From Batkoa obscura (lineage: Eukaryota), in assembly GCA_030770535.1 (NCBI GenBank), contig JASVEC010000013.1, positions 62,001-126,000 of the forward strand: a stretch of DNA of 64,000 nucleotides, given 5' to 3'. Shown here piece after piece: positions 35,956 through 48,675 of the stretch. The translations under genes were made by a program, and so were the position numbers. Below the pieces are notes generated by a model. That model was not told the DNA's origin and did no database searches. It was given only the letters and a program-made list of their open reading frames with translations. Each line of letters opens with the position of its first letter. The stretch's first letter is position 1.

Positions 35956-36870
35956 TCATTTAAAATATTTTTTACAGCGAGGGGAAATATTTTTACCCTC
36001 ATAAGAGATGCAAATTTGTCTTACGAAATCATCGACTTGGTATCCTCCAGAGCATTCTTTCCAAGTACCATCATGGATGCACTTGTATTCTCCGCGGTTA
36101 ATAAGGATTGTGCAACTTTTGCTAAAATAATGATTAACATTGATTCAACAAGGATTATTAGAATTACTTTAGTCCAAGGTTAATTGATCTTTTGACGTTT
36201 CTTATCAAAAGAGTTTTACCCCTCCTATCGACGCAATGATCAAACCTCTTTTTGTTGATTCCAGAAAATTTTAAACAGTTATCAGTAATTGTATTATCAA
36301 CACCAATTTTTCTGAAATCCTTGTTCATGCATAATACAAACGAATACCAGTTCTTAGATACCCTTTGAGCGCATAACTCTTGGATGTTTCCGAGACACTT
36401 TTCGGGGATAAGCCAAATTGATTTTTTTAAGGAAAATGAAACTTACTTCTGTATCCCCGTGCATACAATTTGTCCCATATTTTGCTGTTTCATTTAAACT
36501 CCCAATGAAATTAAGGCTCGGGTCCACAATTTCTCCAATCTCAGTTACTAGATTATTCAATTAATACATCCCTAATATCATAGCTCCAAAAAACAACTTA
36601 CTAACATTCGAAAAGACAGACTCGCAAAATACAGCATCTAGTTGAATGTTAATTGAAAACAGTTTAATTTGAATTTGAATTACCTGGACATTTTGACATC
36701 ACATATAATTCCACTGGGACTTTATTGTCATCTTCTTTAACAGATCTCTTAACCAAATCACTTCTCAAATGCTCATTCCTATTACTTAAAGAGATCAATA
36801 CAATTAAAACGAGGAAACAGGCTATACAAGAGCCAAATAAGCGGTGTGGGAAAGCATTGCGGAAGGTCAT
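35956..36870 (-). CDS. GILT-like (gamma-interferon-inducible lysosomal thiol reductase) protein, multi-exon
   Basis: Spliced product KVPVELYVMSKCP|DAVFCESVFSNV|ITEIG...CMHGDTE|CLGNIQELC...FVLCMN...|KSCTILIN...WKECSGG with an N-terminal signal anchor. TGA at 35956-35958. Confidence 0.85.
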
Positions 36871-37752
36871 TTTTTAAAATTATGAAATTAAGAAAAGGTC
36901 ATGTAATAGTGACCTATTTATTGTTTGAAATTTCGCAATTTTTAGCTGGGTTTGAGTAAGTTTGAGGAATTAGCTTAAAAATGAAAATTAATTAAAGTTA
37001 ATTGAAAAGGGAGGTGATCTATTTGTTAGATGTACAGTAAATATTCGATTAATTATGTTGTGCTCAGACTATATGACATTATTTTTTGCGACTTTTGCTT
37101 TTATTTTATTATAGAGACCTCACCGCTTTTGAATAAAATTGACTTTGAGATTATCTAAGTTAGTATAGCTAATATTTTATTAAAATGAATATATGCTTGG
37201 TGTACTTGAAATTTGAAATATTTACTAAATAAGATTGTTTAAATGATACCATTTAATAGTTGAAACTACTGTATTGCGCTAATGGGATTAGTGCTCTATG
37301 GATTAAAAACGTTTTCATTAAAAGACTTGTATTTTCTTTAAGATTCACTTTTTTTCTAGAAAAGTACGTAAACCATAAGTGAAAATAGTGTATTTTGACA
37401 AATTTTGAAGGGATATATTAAGATCAAATACTATGTCTATAAACTATGAAATCCACGACTTTTTATACTATATATTACATTGAAGTAAAGTAGTATTAAA
37501 TGTTATATTCGTGTAAATAAATTAAGCATGGGATCCACTCATACAAGTAATAGATTACATCTGATTTTAATAGTGTTTAACTTAGTCCACTAGAATATTG
37601 TTACAAAAAGAAGCAAATAACTCACCAATCAAAAAGCAATTCAACCTACTACTAAGCTAAAGTAACATTAAAATAATCTTTTCTAAAGAACCATTTTAAT
37701 GTAAATTTATAAATCACCAAATGCTACAGAAGTTTATTAAATAAACCCAGGG

Positions 37753-39174
37753 ATGGCATTTTATTTACTATTTATATTCTATATTTTACAGCTATATAAT
37801 GGCCATCAGGTGGTCAGGCTCAGTGATACTAGTTGCACCATAGCCGGGGATAAAATATATTATTTTGGTGGTAAAGTGGTTACCCCGAATATCGACATTG
37901 ACGCTTATAACGAAAATGTTCATTATTTGGATTTATCAACTGAAGTAAGAGTTGTTGGCAACATAGCAGATATCAAAAAGTTGGAAGCGAGTGAGGAAAG
38001 CCCAGTTATGTTGGCACCGTATTCGTTTTATTTGGGAGGGAATTCAAGTAAAATTGTTAATTTTTATGTATATGATCAGGGAGATCCGATGAATATTGTT
38101 TATTATGACATTGAGAGTAAAAAGTGGAGTAAGGATGGGAGTGGAAAACAATTTTTGGAAGCAATCGGGGCGGATAAAAAGAGAGTGGATTATTTAATGA
38201 TTGAAGGGTTTACTATAGTACAGAATGATGTCAATTTAAGTGAATTTATTATAGCTGGGGGTTATTATTATTATTTAAAAGGAGATCCTAAGTTTACATA
38301 TTTACCAACAGTAATTTATAATGGGGATACTAAAAAATTTACAAAGATACCTATTCAAATAAATATCAATTCACCAGTCAATTTTATTTATAAGGGAGAT
38401 TATTATTACATGGGAGGGGTTGATAAGAATGGAAAAGAGATGGGATTTACCAGACTAAATAGACTGGAATTTAAAGGGAAAACAAGGCTAACTCAAAAAG
38501 ATTTAAGGAACTCAAATGTTGAGAGTATACCAAAAAAAGAGCTAAAGCTATTGAATATCAAATCAAATAGTGATATTTATTTTTTCGATTCGTATTATAG
38601 TGATAACAATCGAAATTTAATCTATATCTTGAATATGGAAACTAGTTCATGGCAAGTTAAAAGGATAGATAACTTTCGTACCCGTTATGGCGCTTGCTTT
38701 GTTCATTTTAAAGATCATTTGATCTATTCGTTTGGTTATGATAATAAAGAAGCTAATGGGTATACTTATTTGATTAATACAAATACTTGGCAATCCGTTG
38801 GCAATTTTTCAATTGTGACGAACAAGCCAGGTAATACTCAAGAAGTACAAGAGTCTGGTAGCCAAGTTGATGGCCCTTTAATAGGCGGTATTATATCTGG
38901 AGTAGTTGGTAGTATTTTATTGGGGTTAGGTATCTATTTTATATATAGAAAAAGGAAAAAAGTAAAGGATTCGGCGCCTTCCTTTATTGCTGAACCTCCC
39001 TCTTTTAATTTTGTGAATAAAATGGATGATGAAGAGATTAATTTTCGATTATCTACGTTGTCAGAACATTTTAACGAAAACGAGTTAAGTGAAAGTAAAA
39101 GAGAGTACCTTATGAAAAATGGATGGCGTAAAAAGAGCACGGTACAGAGTGATGATACTCTTACTATGATTTGA
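37753..39174 (+). CDS. Signal-peptide, single-pass membrane Kelch protein (close paralog of 34425-35606)
   Basis: Collinear blocks with the 34425 protein (YYFGGK, PYSF.LG, VDYL..EGF.IVQ.DVN, YKGDYY..GG). TM helix LIGGIISGVVGSILLGLGIYFIY followed by RKRKK and a tail. Confidence 0.85.
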   Translation: MAFYLLFIFYILQLYNGHQVVRLSDTSCTIAGDKIYYFGGKVVTPNIDIDAYNENVHYLDLSTEVRVVGNIADIKKLEASEESPVMLAPYSFYLGGNSSKIVNFYVYDQGDPMNIVYYDIESKKWSKDGSGKQFLEAIGADKKRVDYLMIEGFTIVQNDVNLSEFIIAGGYYYYLKGDPKFTYLPTVIYNGDTKKFTKIPIQININSPVNFIYKGDYYYMGGVDKNGKEMGFTRLNRLEFKGKTRLTQKDLRNSNVESIPKKELKLLNIKSNSDIYFFDSYYSDNNRNLIYILNMETSSWQVKRIDNFRTRYGACFVHFKDHLIYSFGYDNKEANGYTYLINTNTWQSVGNFSIVTNKPGNTQEVQESGSQVDGPLIGGIISGVVGSILLGLGIYFIYRKRKKVKDSAPSFIAEPPSFNFVNKMDDEEINFRLSTLSEHFNENELSESKREYLMKNGWRKKSTVQSDDTLTMI

Positions 39175-40017
39175 GTTTATATGTTGTGTTACTAGTTAAT
39201 CATTTATTATTTATAACAAAAATAAAAATAGTCTTATATTTTGTATGTTAAATCAAGTGTCTAGCGTTAAGTTTGAATTGTTATTTGATATATATTTATT
39301 CAAAACGAGTTTTGGATTGTTTTAATATAATAGTATCATCATTAATTATCAAATCGTCTCATTTAGTAATATTTTTATATGTTTTTAAATAATCAATTTA
39401 GTTCAAATATGGACACATCAATACAAGCATTCCCTTTATTTTTCTATTTAGCCCATAAAAAACAATTCAGTTTTAAAAGGAGTGATGTAATGCTCAAATA
39501 AGGATTTATCGATTTAAAAGCTTCAAATTCAATTTAAGAATATTTTTATACACAATTCAATTAGTATAAAATTTCAAACAAAAACTATATTAATAAAATT
39601 CCATTTAATTAAAACATCATTATAGTAATAATGTATTAAAAAGTTAATGACTTCTTTATTTCATTATTACTATTGGCTTAACCTTAAATAAATGCTAGCA
39701 TATACAGTAAGATTTAATAGAGTGCTAGTGCCACTATATTAAATCCAATTAACTGATATGATTTCATGATAAATTAGAAGCTGATTTGGAGGAATCTGAA
39801 TTTAGGCACAAAAACAATCAAAAGCAAACTAATCTGAAGATTTGAAAAGAAATTCAACATGCTTAATAAATAAATAGGCAAGAATTCATTTGAGTGAAAC
39901 AAAGGTAATATTATTACGCTAAGACCAAAGAGATAATGAATGTATATAAAATAAAAACAATAGCTATTTTACTTTTTGAAAATTTAATGTTTAATGTGCT
40001 TTTGGCCTTAATTATAA

Positions 40018-40892
40018 ATGAAAGAATATAATAAGTTTTTTAAGAGTTATTTAAGTGGATTTGTCATCCATCAAAACGATCCTGAACTTTCTGTTACTTC
40101 CAACTTCATTAATCCTTTTCATCTGTTACTCATTAGAGCCCTCTTCGCTATCTATATATTTATAGTTATTGCAATTTGTATCGTTTACCATACAAATGAC
40201 CTTATTAATATCTTTGGTCATATGACTAATATATCCTTTTATTCACTTTTTATTTATTTATCGGTGAGTTTATAAGTAATCCATATAAGAATTATAATAT
40301 TAATATTATTTTAGTTGTCTTTATATTTGAGTATTATTTATGTTAGAAGAGATCCTAATCAAGCTTTCCAGCCTAAAATGGGGATAGTTATTGCCCAACG
40401 TTTATTATACCATACTAATTTAGTGTTTGCTTTTTTAATTTCATTGACATATTGGTCTTTATTGTTTAAAGAGGATTATAATAATAATCATAATTCTACA
40501 TATTTGTTTTTAACTACCTCAATGCATGGTTTCAACTATATCATTATTTCGATTGAGTTTTTATTAACCAAAGCCAAGTTTTATTTTGTATTTGTATTCT
40601 TTGTACAGTTATTTTCTATCTTTTATTTACTTTTATCTATTATAATTCATGAAGTGTAAGTTTTAATATTTCTTTTTTGTTTCCTTGACTTACTTAATTT
40701 AGATTCGGTGTATGGACTTATTTCTTTATGGACTACAATAAGCATCCCTTGTTTTCTATACTCACTTTTGCTTTCGCATTCATTGCTGAACTAATCTATG
40801 GCCTGGTTTTAATTCTGATACATAAGCTAAGAGATACTATATTTAATTATTTAAAATCGGAGAAGCAGGATAACAGTTTAAATAATAGTTGA
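40018..40892 (+). CDS. FAR-17a/AIG1/rolling-stone-like multi-pass membrane protein, 3 exons
   Basis: Exons about 40018-40263, 40315-40655 and 40703-40892 join in frame. Motifs FGHMTN, TYWSLL, SMHGFN and WTYFFMD. Confidence 0.7.
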
Positions 40893-42045
40893 GTACCATA
40901 TAAAAATAAATGAAAATATGGTAGTAACCTTCATTTTTAGTATTAATATTAAGTTGGCAGATCTTTATAATTATTTGATGAAAATAACTTTGATTGTTTT
41001 TCGTCACAAAAGGAAGTTCCTATAGCTTACTATTTTTAGAATTTACGATTTGATTACAAGTACCCCTACATTATCAATCTATTGTAAATCGGATAGTTCA
41101 AACAAACTAGTTTTTTAATTAAGTAGTCAAAGCTGGTGTAATAAAATAAAAACTCTAAATTACTTATTATTACTCTATGCTTATAAGCTAAAAAACTATT
41201 ATATAAAAATTAATTCACTTGTATAAAAGTATAAGTTCTCAAAATGATATTACAGTTTAAGAATTCTAAAGCAAAGAATTAAATATGTTATGATTATTTT
41301 GTGAAACTTATTATTATTGTAGGGGTAGTTTGTAATCTAAATTTTTTTAAATTTATAATATCAAAATGTACGTTTTGTATAGTTATTGTTTGTATTAACT
41401 AAGATTGCTTTACTATGGTCAACTAATAATATTATATCTAAACTTATTGAACTACTTAATAGTAAGTATATAAAGTTAACTTACTATTTTCTTTAAGTTC
41501 CGAACTAAGGAAGTTGTATTTTTATTATATCATAGCTTTGTTCTCAACAATCAATAATTTTATTCTGGTAAAAAATTGAAAAAAGTGATATATGAAATAA
41601 TATTTAAAATCTACAACTACTATTGTATAATTAAATCTAAGATCTACAAAATAACCCGATTATAAAATATGTAAACTAACACTTCTATTTAATTGTTTTA
41701 ACTGTTAAATAAATGTAAAGAGGACTGATTAGTAATCATTAAATACAATATTAGGATGATTAAATAACAAGTTGAAGAATAAAAGAATTTGTTGATGGAT
41801 TATTTCAGGGAGTGGAGCAAAAGAATAAATGAAGTTCTAAAGCTTCTACCAAACTACCATATATAGAAATTCAATTCAAGCCCACCAATGGATGGAGCCA
41901 TAAGGGTTTAGAGTACAATTGAAACAGTGCAAATAGAACCTTCGATTTATTCTACACAAATAGTTTATAAAAATCTAGAAAAAAAAGAGGGAAAAGATAA
42001 TCTTTCTTTTTTAATTTAATTTAATTTTTTAATCAAACTAAAAAG

Positions 42046-43341
42046 ATGCGATTTTTATTTTTAACTTGTTTATTTTTACTTTGTTTTATCCAACCCATTT
42101 TGGCTCAAGAGGTAGCTGAGGGTACTACTAATAACGATACTTATGAAGTAAGGCAAGCGGTCGAGATTTGCGTCAAAGAAGAGCCCATCTGTTTCAGTAT
42201 ACAGGACTTAAATAATATGGTTGAATTTACTATAAAGTACCCAAAGGATTTTGGTTGGGTAGGGATTGGATTCGGACTATGGATGGCATCGGCTGATATG
42301 TATGTGGTATGGAAAAATAAAGATAATAGTTTTACATTGAGTGATCGATACGGTGTCGGTAATTATGAACCTGAGGCCGATAAGCAGCAAGATTTGATAT
42401 TAAATACAAACAAAACAAGCTATAACTATGAACAAACCAATAATAATAACGTGGTGGTGTTTCGGAGATTAAAAGATACTAAGGATAAAGATGACGAGCT
42501 TTATACCAATAAAACAACCAGTTTTTTATGGGCATATTGTAAAACGTTGCCAAACAGCAGTAAAGTTGGCGCCACTATTGACTTACATGACAACTTTGGC
42601 AAATTTGAGTTGGACATATTTAGTGGAAAAGCAATAGGTGAAAGTGTAGGTGGTATAAAAACAACTTCAAATCTGGTTCATGGTGTACTATTATTTTTAG
42701 GTTGGAACATTTTCCCTTATTTGGGAATATTATGTGCAGGTCCTTTAAGAAATCGATTTGGTAAACTATGGTTCAAGTTACATGTTAGTTTACTTGGAGT
42801 TATTGCCCCTCTATTTATTGTATCTGGTATCATTTTGGCTATTGTTATGGCTAACACAGCCCATTTTTCAAATGCTCATGAAGTAATTTATATCATAATG
42901 CTTTAGATATAATATTCATTAATATTTTATTTTAGATCTTAGGACTACTTATATTTGTTTTAATGTTTATTCAATTAATATTGGGTGTTGCTATAGATCG
43001 CTTATATAATCCAGATAGATTAGCCGTAACTAATATATTAGTATATTTTATAACTTTAATTAAATTAAAATTAGATTCCTTGGTATGATAAACTACATTG
43101 GTATTTTGGACGTATCTTATTTTTGTTAGCACAAATCAATATCATCTTAGGATTGATTACATGGGATCCTAATTTTAATGGCTTATTACCCATTTGGGTT
43201 ACTTTTATTGTGATTCTTTTAATTGAGATTGGGTTTTATATCGTTTTGAAGCTTTTGCCTACTTATTCATCTAAGGTTTATACCTTTTTAAATCCTAAAA
43301 GTGAGGATAATTATATCTTAAAAGAAAATGCTTTTAAATAA
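42046..43341 (+). CDS. DOMON + cytochrome b561 protein (CYBDOM-like), 3 exons
   Basis: Signal peptide, DOMON GWVGIGFG..MASADMYV..DRY..H, and b561 His motifs HGVL, WFKLH, AHE and KLHWYFGR. Exons 42046-42882, 42936-43025 and 43075-43341. Confidence 0.88.
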
Positions 43342-43703
43342 AGTTAGAATTGTTATTGTATTAAAAGTAGTGCAATTTTAATGATAGTATTTATTTCTAT
43401 AACTTAAATGATCTGGATTGTTTTATTGTTAAATGTTTAAAATTTTTATTCTGATATTAAAGTGTGAAAAATATTGAAATCTTAAATGTTATCAAATCAT
43501 CATATAAACAATTATATATTATTTCAATATACCTTGCATTTCGATAGTTTGTCCACTTTAAAAGCTTAAATTTATAATATTATCAGTCTAATCCTTAAGT
43601 AAGAAAGCATACTATGTAAACATTTTTTTTATCACTAAATTTTATAAGCAGTCATTATTCTTTATTTTTCATCCTTTTTATTCTAATGATTTGAATATAA
43701 AAA

Positions 43704-43744
43704 GTGTTAGTAAAATTCTTAGACAAAAAAATACATCCCCATAT
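43704..43744 (-). mobile_element. MITE family A partial copy 7
   Basis: TGTTAGTAAAATTCTTAGACAAAAAAATACATCCCCATAT; left end only. Confidence 0.75.
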
Positions 43745-44070
43745 CCTCATATCTTTCTTAATTTTTAAAACTAAATTAAAAGTTAATAAGTTTTGGAAAA
43801 AAAATTAAAGTATAAATATCTTGATATTAAACCACATAAAGTATGCGATAAAATATGTAACTTTATTTATATTCCAGCTATTTTCTTAATATATAAATCT
43901 TATTTTTGCAAAATTTGCCAGATATATCACATTTCAATTCCTTGAAAGAGCCGAAGCCTCCAAGTAATTCATTAACAAACTAGAAACAAATCAGAGGGTT
44001 TCCAAGCGGACTCATAACATCAAAGTTTCCCTATCATTCCTGTTGCTGACTAACCGCGGTTTAGAAAACC

Positions 44071-44109
44071 CAAATACAAAATACAAAATACCAAATACCA
44101 AATACCAAA
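44071..44109. repeat. 7-bp tandem repeat (AAATACM) x ~5
   Basis: CAAATACAAAATACAAAATACCAAATACCAAATACCAAA. Confidence 0.75.
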
Positions 44110-45065
44110 CATTATATTAAATTTATTTTATTATAAGCTAATAAAAGTAATGCTCAAGTCATTGTATTATAAGAATTCTTGATTTGATTTGATTCGAACT
44201 TGAATGATAGTATCATTGATTTTTTACCAAGGTTTATCAAAATTACGACTATAGAAAATTTGATGTGTAATAAAATATACATGATTGAAATATTGTTTTA
44301 ATAAAGTTAACAGTTTAAAGTCTGTTTGTAAGCCTATCCAATATACAAACGTGTCTTCAATCTTATCATTTGAAACACACCTTACCGAATATTGTTATTT
44401 ATAATCGTGTTTTTAAAAAAAATTAGACTTTAATTTTTGAATTAAATCACTGGATTACTATTTCCTTATCATGAAGGGATAGACACACGATTTGGCAATA
44501 AAAACTTATGATTAATTCAATTTTTAACTTCAAGAAAAGAACTTAGAGCATTTATCTGATAAAACTCTGGTATTATGACTTTTCTACTATATAAAAGTAC
44601 AAGTTAAGGTTAAATTATAATTATTCTACAATATTTTAAAATAAACTTCAATTTATATTGGTATTCCTTTAAAAAATACACGTTTGAAATAGTATTTATC
44701 AAATCAATTTTATAAAATAGGGGGTTAGCAGGCGGAATATTGATTTAATATATTAGTGGTTCATTTAAGATTTAATAACTATTTTTCATAATCGATAATC
44801 ATTCGAATTTATGCAAGATGAAGGTATAATTAGATAGTTATTAGTTAGAATACTAAAATAAGGTAGTAAATCAATAATTAAGAATAAAAACCAAGTGACA
44901 TTAAATCAGCAGCAAATATTAGAATATAACTGACAGTATTTCGAAGAAATGATGTATCACAATCAAGTCATCTGTTTTTTATAGTAAAGCACGGAATTAG
45001 AAAGTATATAATCAACGAAAGTCACTATTTAGTAAATATAAATCTTTGAGACATTGAATTGAACT

Positions 45066-46142
45066 ATGAAATCTTTTATTAACTTATTATTACTATCTTT
45101 GTTACCTTTAGCCTCTGCTGCTAATCCTGAAGGCAAAAGATTGATCCAAACTTCTGAATCGGAAGCTCCAAAATGGGTGACAGAGGCTGAGGTATTCCAA
45201 TTACTCAGACAAAATAAGCATTTTTTTGATATCACTGATAACCCTGAAACCACTGTATATCAACCAGATAGCCGTAGCTTGATCGCTTTCCCTGCCAAAG
45301 TGTCTTATCCTACTGTTGTCAAAAAGGCCCAATCATTTATCGATCAAAACACTATGTCTCAATTCCTCGAAAGATATTCTGCTTTCCATAATAGATATTA
45401 TGCTTCAAACTATGGTGTACAAGCTGTAAACTATTTAATGGAAGAAGTCAAAAAAGCAGGTGCTGCATTAGGCAGTAGCTTTAGTGCTAATTTTTATAAA
45501 CATTCTTGGGTCCAAAATAGTATCATTGCTAGAATTGAAGGAGAGGAACTAAAAGATGAGATTATTGTCATTGGGGCCCATTTAGACTCCATCAACTCCC
45601 GTGATCCTACCAACGGAAGAGCTCCTGGTGCTGATGATGATGGTTCTGGTACTACTACTATTTTAGAAGCCTTACGTTGTTTATCTAAAAGTAATTTGAA
45701 ATTCAAACGCAGTATTGAATTCCAATTCTATGCAGCTGAAGAAGTAGGTTTAAGAGGAAGTCAAGATATTGCTCAAGCTTACGCTAAACAATCCAAGAAG
45801 GTAGTTGGAATGATTCAATTAGACATGACTGGTTATAATGTTAACAAAAAAATCAAGTTATTAACTGATTATGTTGATCCTGAATTAACTCAATTTTTGA
45901 GATTAATTATTGACAATTATTCTTCTTATAAATGGATCAATGGTCAATGTGGATACGCTTGCAGTGATCATGCATCTTATACAAGAGCTGGATACAAATC
46001 ATGTCAACCTGGTGAAGATATCTTAAATAACAGATTACACACTACTTCAGATACTACTCAATTCGTTAATTATAATCATGTTTCCGAATTCGTTAAACTA
46101 GCCTTAGGTTTTGCTATTGAATTAGCTGAACCAAAAAATTAA
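45066..46142 (+). CDS. Secreted leucine aminopeptidase, peptidase M28 (LAP1-like)
   Basis: Signal peptide and propeptide. Zn ligands GAHLDS, APGADDDGSG, AAEEVGLRGS, QLDMTGY, CGYACSDHAS and LHTTSD. Confidence 0.95.
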   Translation: MKSFINLLLLSLLPLASAANPEGKRLIQTSESEAPKWVTEAEVFQLLRQNKHFFDITDNPETTVYQPDSRSLIAFPAKVSYPTVVKKAQSFIDQNTMSQFLERYSAFHNRYYASNYGVQAVNYLMEEVKKAGAALGSSFSANFYKHSWVQNSIIARIEGEELKDEIIVIGAHLDSINSRDPTNGRAPGADDDGSGTTTILEALRCLSKSNLKFKRSIEFQFYAAEEVGLRGSQDIAQAYAKQSKKVVGMIQLDMTGYNVNKKIKLLTDYVDPELTQFLRLIIDNYSSYKWINGQCGYACSDHASYTRAGYKSCQPGEDILNNRLHTTSDTTQFVNYNHVSEFVKLALGFAIELAEPKN

Positions 46143-46484
46143 AATCTTAATAAAAATTTGGTATTAAATTAGTTTTTATTATAATAACCATAGGCCTTAG
46201 AACATATGTTATTAATATTATCAATAATAGTAATTTTTGACTAAATGATAAGGAATTGATGATTTATAAATGAATGTCAAGCTAAGATGGGTTTTATGTT
46301 CATTTTAAAGACTTCTTGATTAAATTTAACTCGAATACCAATAAATTGAACTTTTCGAGTATTTTATTAACTTATTTTCTTATCTATGAGCCCCTTTACA
46401 AGGACCCTTCTTATCAGTCCCACTTTGTTTTTGAATTAAGTAGAACAAGGGTATTTGGCTCTTAATTTAGATGATTTGACCAAA

Positions 46485-46641
46485 TACAGTTGCAGCTCTA
46501 TTTTGATCTAATTAACTACTCATTTAAAAAAAAATCTCAAGATTTAGTTAAAAATTAAGGATTGGGCATAAAAAAACTGACTTTAAATAATTTATTGCAG
46601 AAATTAACACTAAATAAAGCTATAGAGTTGCAACAGCTGTA
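46485..46641. mobile_element. MITE family B copy
   Basis: TACAGTTGCAGCTCTATTTTGATCTAATTAACT ... TATAGAGTTGCAACAGCTGTA; TA|CAG...CTG|TA ends. Confidence 0.7.
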
Positions 46642-47142
46642 TACCATGTACCTAAGAGTTAAGTACTAATACACTAGAATGATTCTCCATTTTTAGTAAT
46701 TAAGTGTCATGAAATGTGAGTTTTTTCATAAAAATGGATTTATGCAAAATGCTACAAAATCATATATTACATTATGTTAAATAATCTAATATATGAATAA
46801 AGCAAAAATATAAAATATAAAAACAACTTAAATCCATCTTGGATGTGAACATTTTTATAATAGATACTATCTTCAACTGGCTTGTTTATACATTAACTTT
46901 GAACTTTATTATCTTTAAACTACCACCCACTGTTACGTTTATTGGAAAAACAATCAAATCATTTTACAGACATTACATAAGCATTTAAAGAAGTTGGGTA
47001 AATTGGGCTAGCTCATTTACAATGAATTGATTAAATAGTGCTTTTTTGAGCTATTTCTGTCTATATTATTATTTAAATAATCATTACACAACATAAATAA
47101 GATAACAAATTACTTTATTTTTCAATTTAATAACAACTAAAA

Positions 47143-48675
47143 TTAAGCTAAAGGTTTAAATACAACATAAGGGTCTGGTATTCCAAAATCACCAGTATAA
47201 AACTCTTTACGTTTACCATCTTTTGTTTCAATACGATATTTTTGTAAAAGGGTACTTACTAAGGAAGTAATTTCTTGAACAGCGAAGAATCTTCCAGGAC
47301 AAGCATGACGTCCCATACCGAAATTTAAGAAATTTTGAGTTACTCTAGTAGCCTTAAGTTTGGACTCAACGAATTGAAATGGGTTGTATTGAAATTCAAG
47401 AGGAAGGAAAGGATCTTTCTTTTGCATTCTATCTCCATTAGAGCCATAGTTTTCTGGGTTGAAATGAATATTTGGTAAATCAAGGGCCATTAAAGATCCT
47501 TTTGAAATCTTCATTCCATTAGGCAATACGCGGTCAATGTTGGTAAGTCTCCAAGCTTCTAAATGATAAGATCTATGTCTTAAGGTTTCGCGGATGGCAG
47601 AGTTTAAATTCTCAAACTTATCAATATCCTCTTTACTTAATAATGGACTCCCAGTTGCATCCTTCTTTACATGTTCAGTTACTCTTTTTTGCTCTTCACG
47701 TAAAATTGTAAAGTTTTCAGGATGTGCTAACAAATCAGTAATGAGAAGACTAGAGCTCCTAGTAGTAGTAGAGATAGAAGCAAATCCAAGAACCATAATA
47801 GCTTGTGCAATTTGACTAATACTATGCCCTTTGTCACTTAATACATCCACAAGCCCTTTTGCTTCAACCTTTTCTCCAGTCTTAATCTTTTGTCTTCTAT
47901 TTTGAATATACTTTTCAATTCTAGAGTAGATAAATGCTCTTTCACTGACAGATGGGTTTCCATAATTAATTTTATAGCTGACGATATAACTTCCAATAAA
48001 AGGAACTAAATGCCAAAGCAACCCTTTTCTTAAACACTTATCTATCTTATTGGCATAGTCGCGTAGCAAAAAGATTAAGTCATTATCCTTTGACAATTCA
48101 GGACCAAGTAGAAGAACGGCAACAGAGTTTGCGATTACACTTGAAAAAAAGTATTCAATATCAATACCCTCTGGACCAGTTCCTTCACCTATTTCTTCCT
48201 GAATAATTCTATTCATGGTTTTTAAAACTTCTGGAAGCATGGTTTTTAGCATGGGCGTGATTTCTTCTTTGACAATTGCAACGTTATCTAATATTTGATC
48301 TGGTTTACCTGGAGAATCCTTTCCTTCTCCAAGTACTTCACTAATAAAAAATATCTTGTCTCTGCCTTCAATAATACCCATATCATGGGCCTTAGCTAAG
48401 TACTCAGAAGCTTTGTTAGTGAATACAAATATTTTTTTTCCTAAAAAGTTGACTCCAAATACATCCCCATATTTTTTTTGACATTCTAATAGAAATCTTC
48501 TAGGATTGTTCTTCAATTGTAAAGTATGGCCAATAATTGGAATATGAGGTACCATCGGAGGTCCATCTTTTGTGGAATAGACATTATATGCAGTATATGC
48601 TATCCAAAGTATAAGAGAGTAAATGATGAATTTATCTAAAGATAAATAATCTTTCAAATTTAAGTAACTTGTCAT
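47143..48675 (-). CDS. Cytochrome P450 monooxygenase
   Basis: N-terminal TM and Pro-rich hinge, I-helix FASISTT, K-helix ETLR, heme motif FGMGRHACPGRFFA. Confidence 0.95.
   Translation of the reverse strand: MTSYLNLKDYLSLDKFIIYSLILWIAYTAYNVYSTKDGPPMVPHIPIIGHTLQLKNNPRRFLLECQKKYGDVFGVNFLGKKIFVFTNKASEYLAKAHDMGIIEGRDKIFFISEVLGEGKDSPGKPDQILDNVAIVKEEITPMLKTMLPEVLKTMNRIIQEEIGEGTGPEGIDIEYFFSSVIANSVAVLLLGPELSKDNDLIFLLRDYANKIDKCLRKGLLWHLVPFIGSYIVSYKINYGNPSVSERAFIYSRIEKYIQNRRQKIKTGEKVEAKGLVDVLSDKGHSISQIAQAIMVLGFASISTTTRSSSLLITDLLAHPENFTILREEQKRVTEHVKKDATGSPLLSKEDIDKFENLNSAIRETLRHRSYHLEAWRLTNIDRVLPNGMKISKGSLMALDLPNIHFNPENYGSNGDRMQKKDPFLPLEFQYNPFQFVESKLKATRVTQNFLNFGMGRHACPGRFFAVQEITSLVSTLLQKYRIETKDGKRKEFYTGDFGIPDPYVVFKPLA

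Noticed and set aside
3362..47815. Short ORFs antisense to or overlapping real genes (555-788, 3362-3565, 8024-8215, 25825-26124, 27362-27601, 38934-39140, 45029-45253, 45494-45706, 47594-47815)
   Set aside because: Shadow frames of well-supported genes with no motifs of their own.
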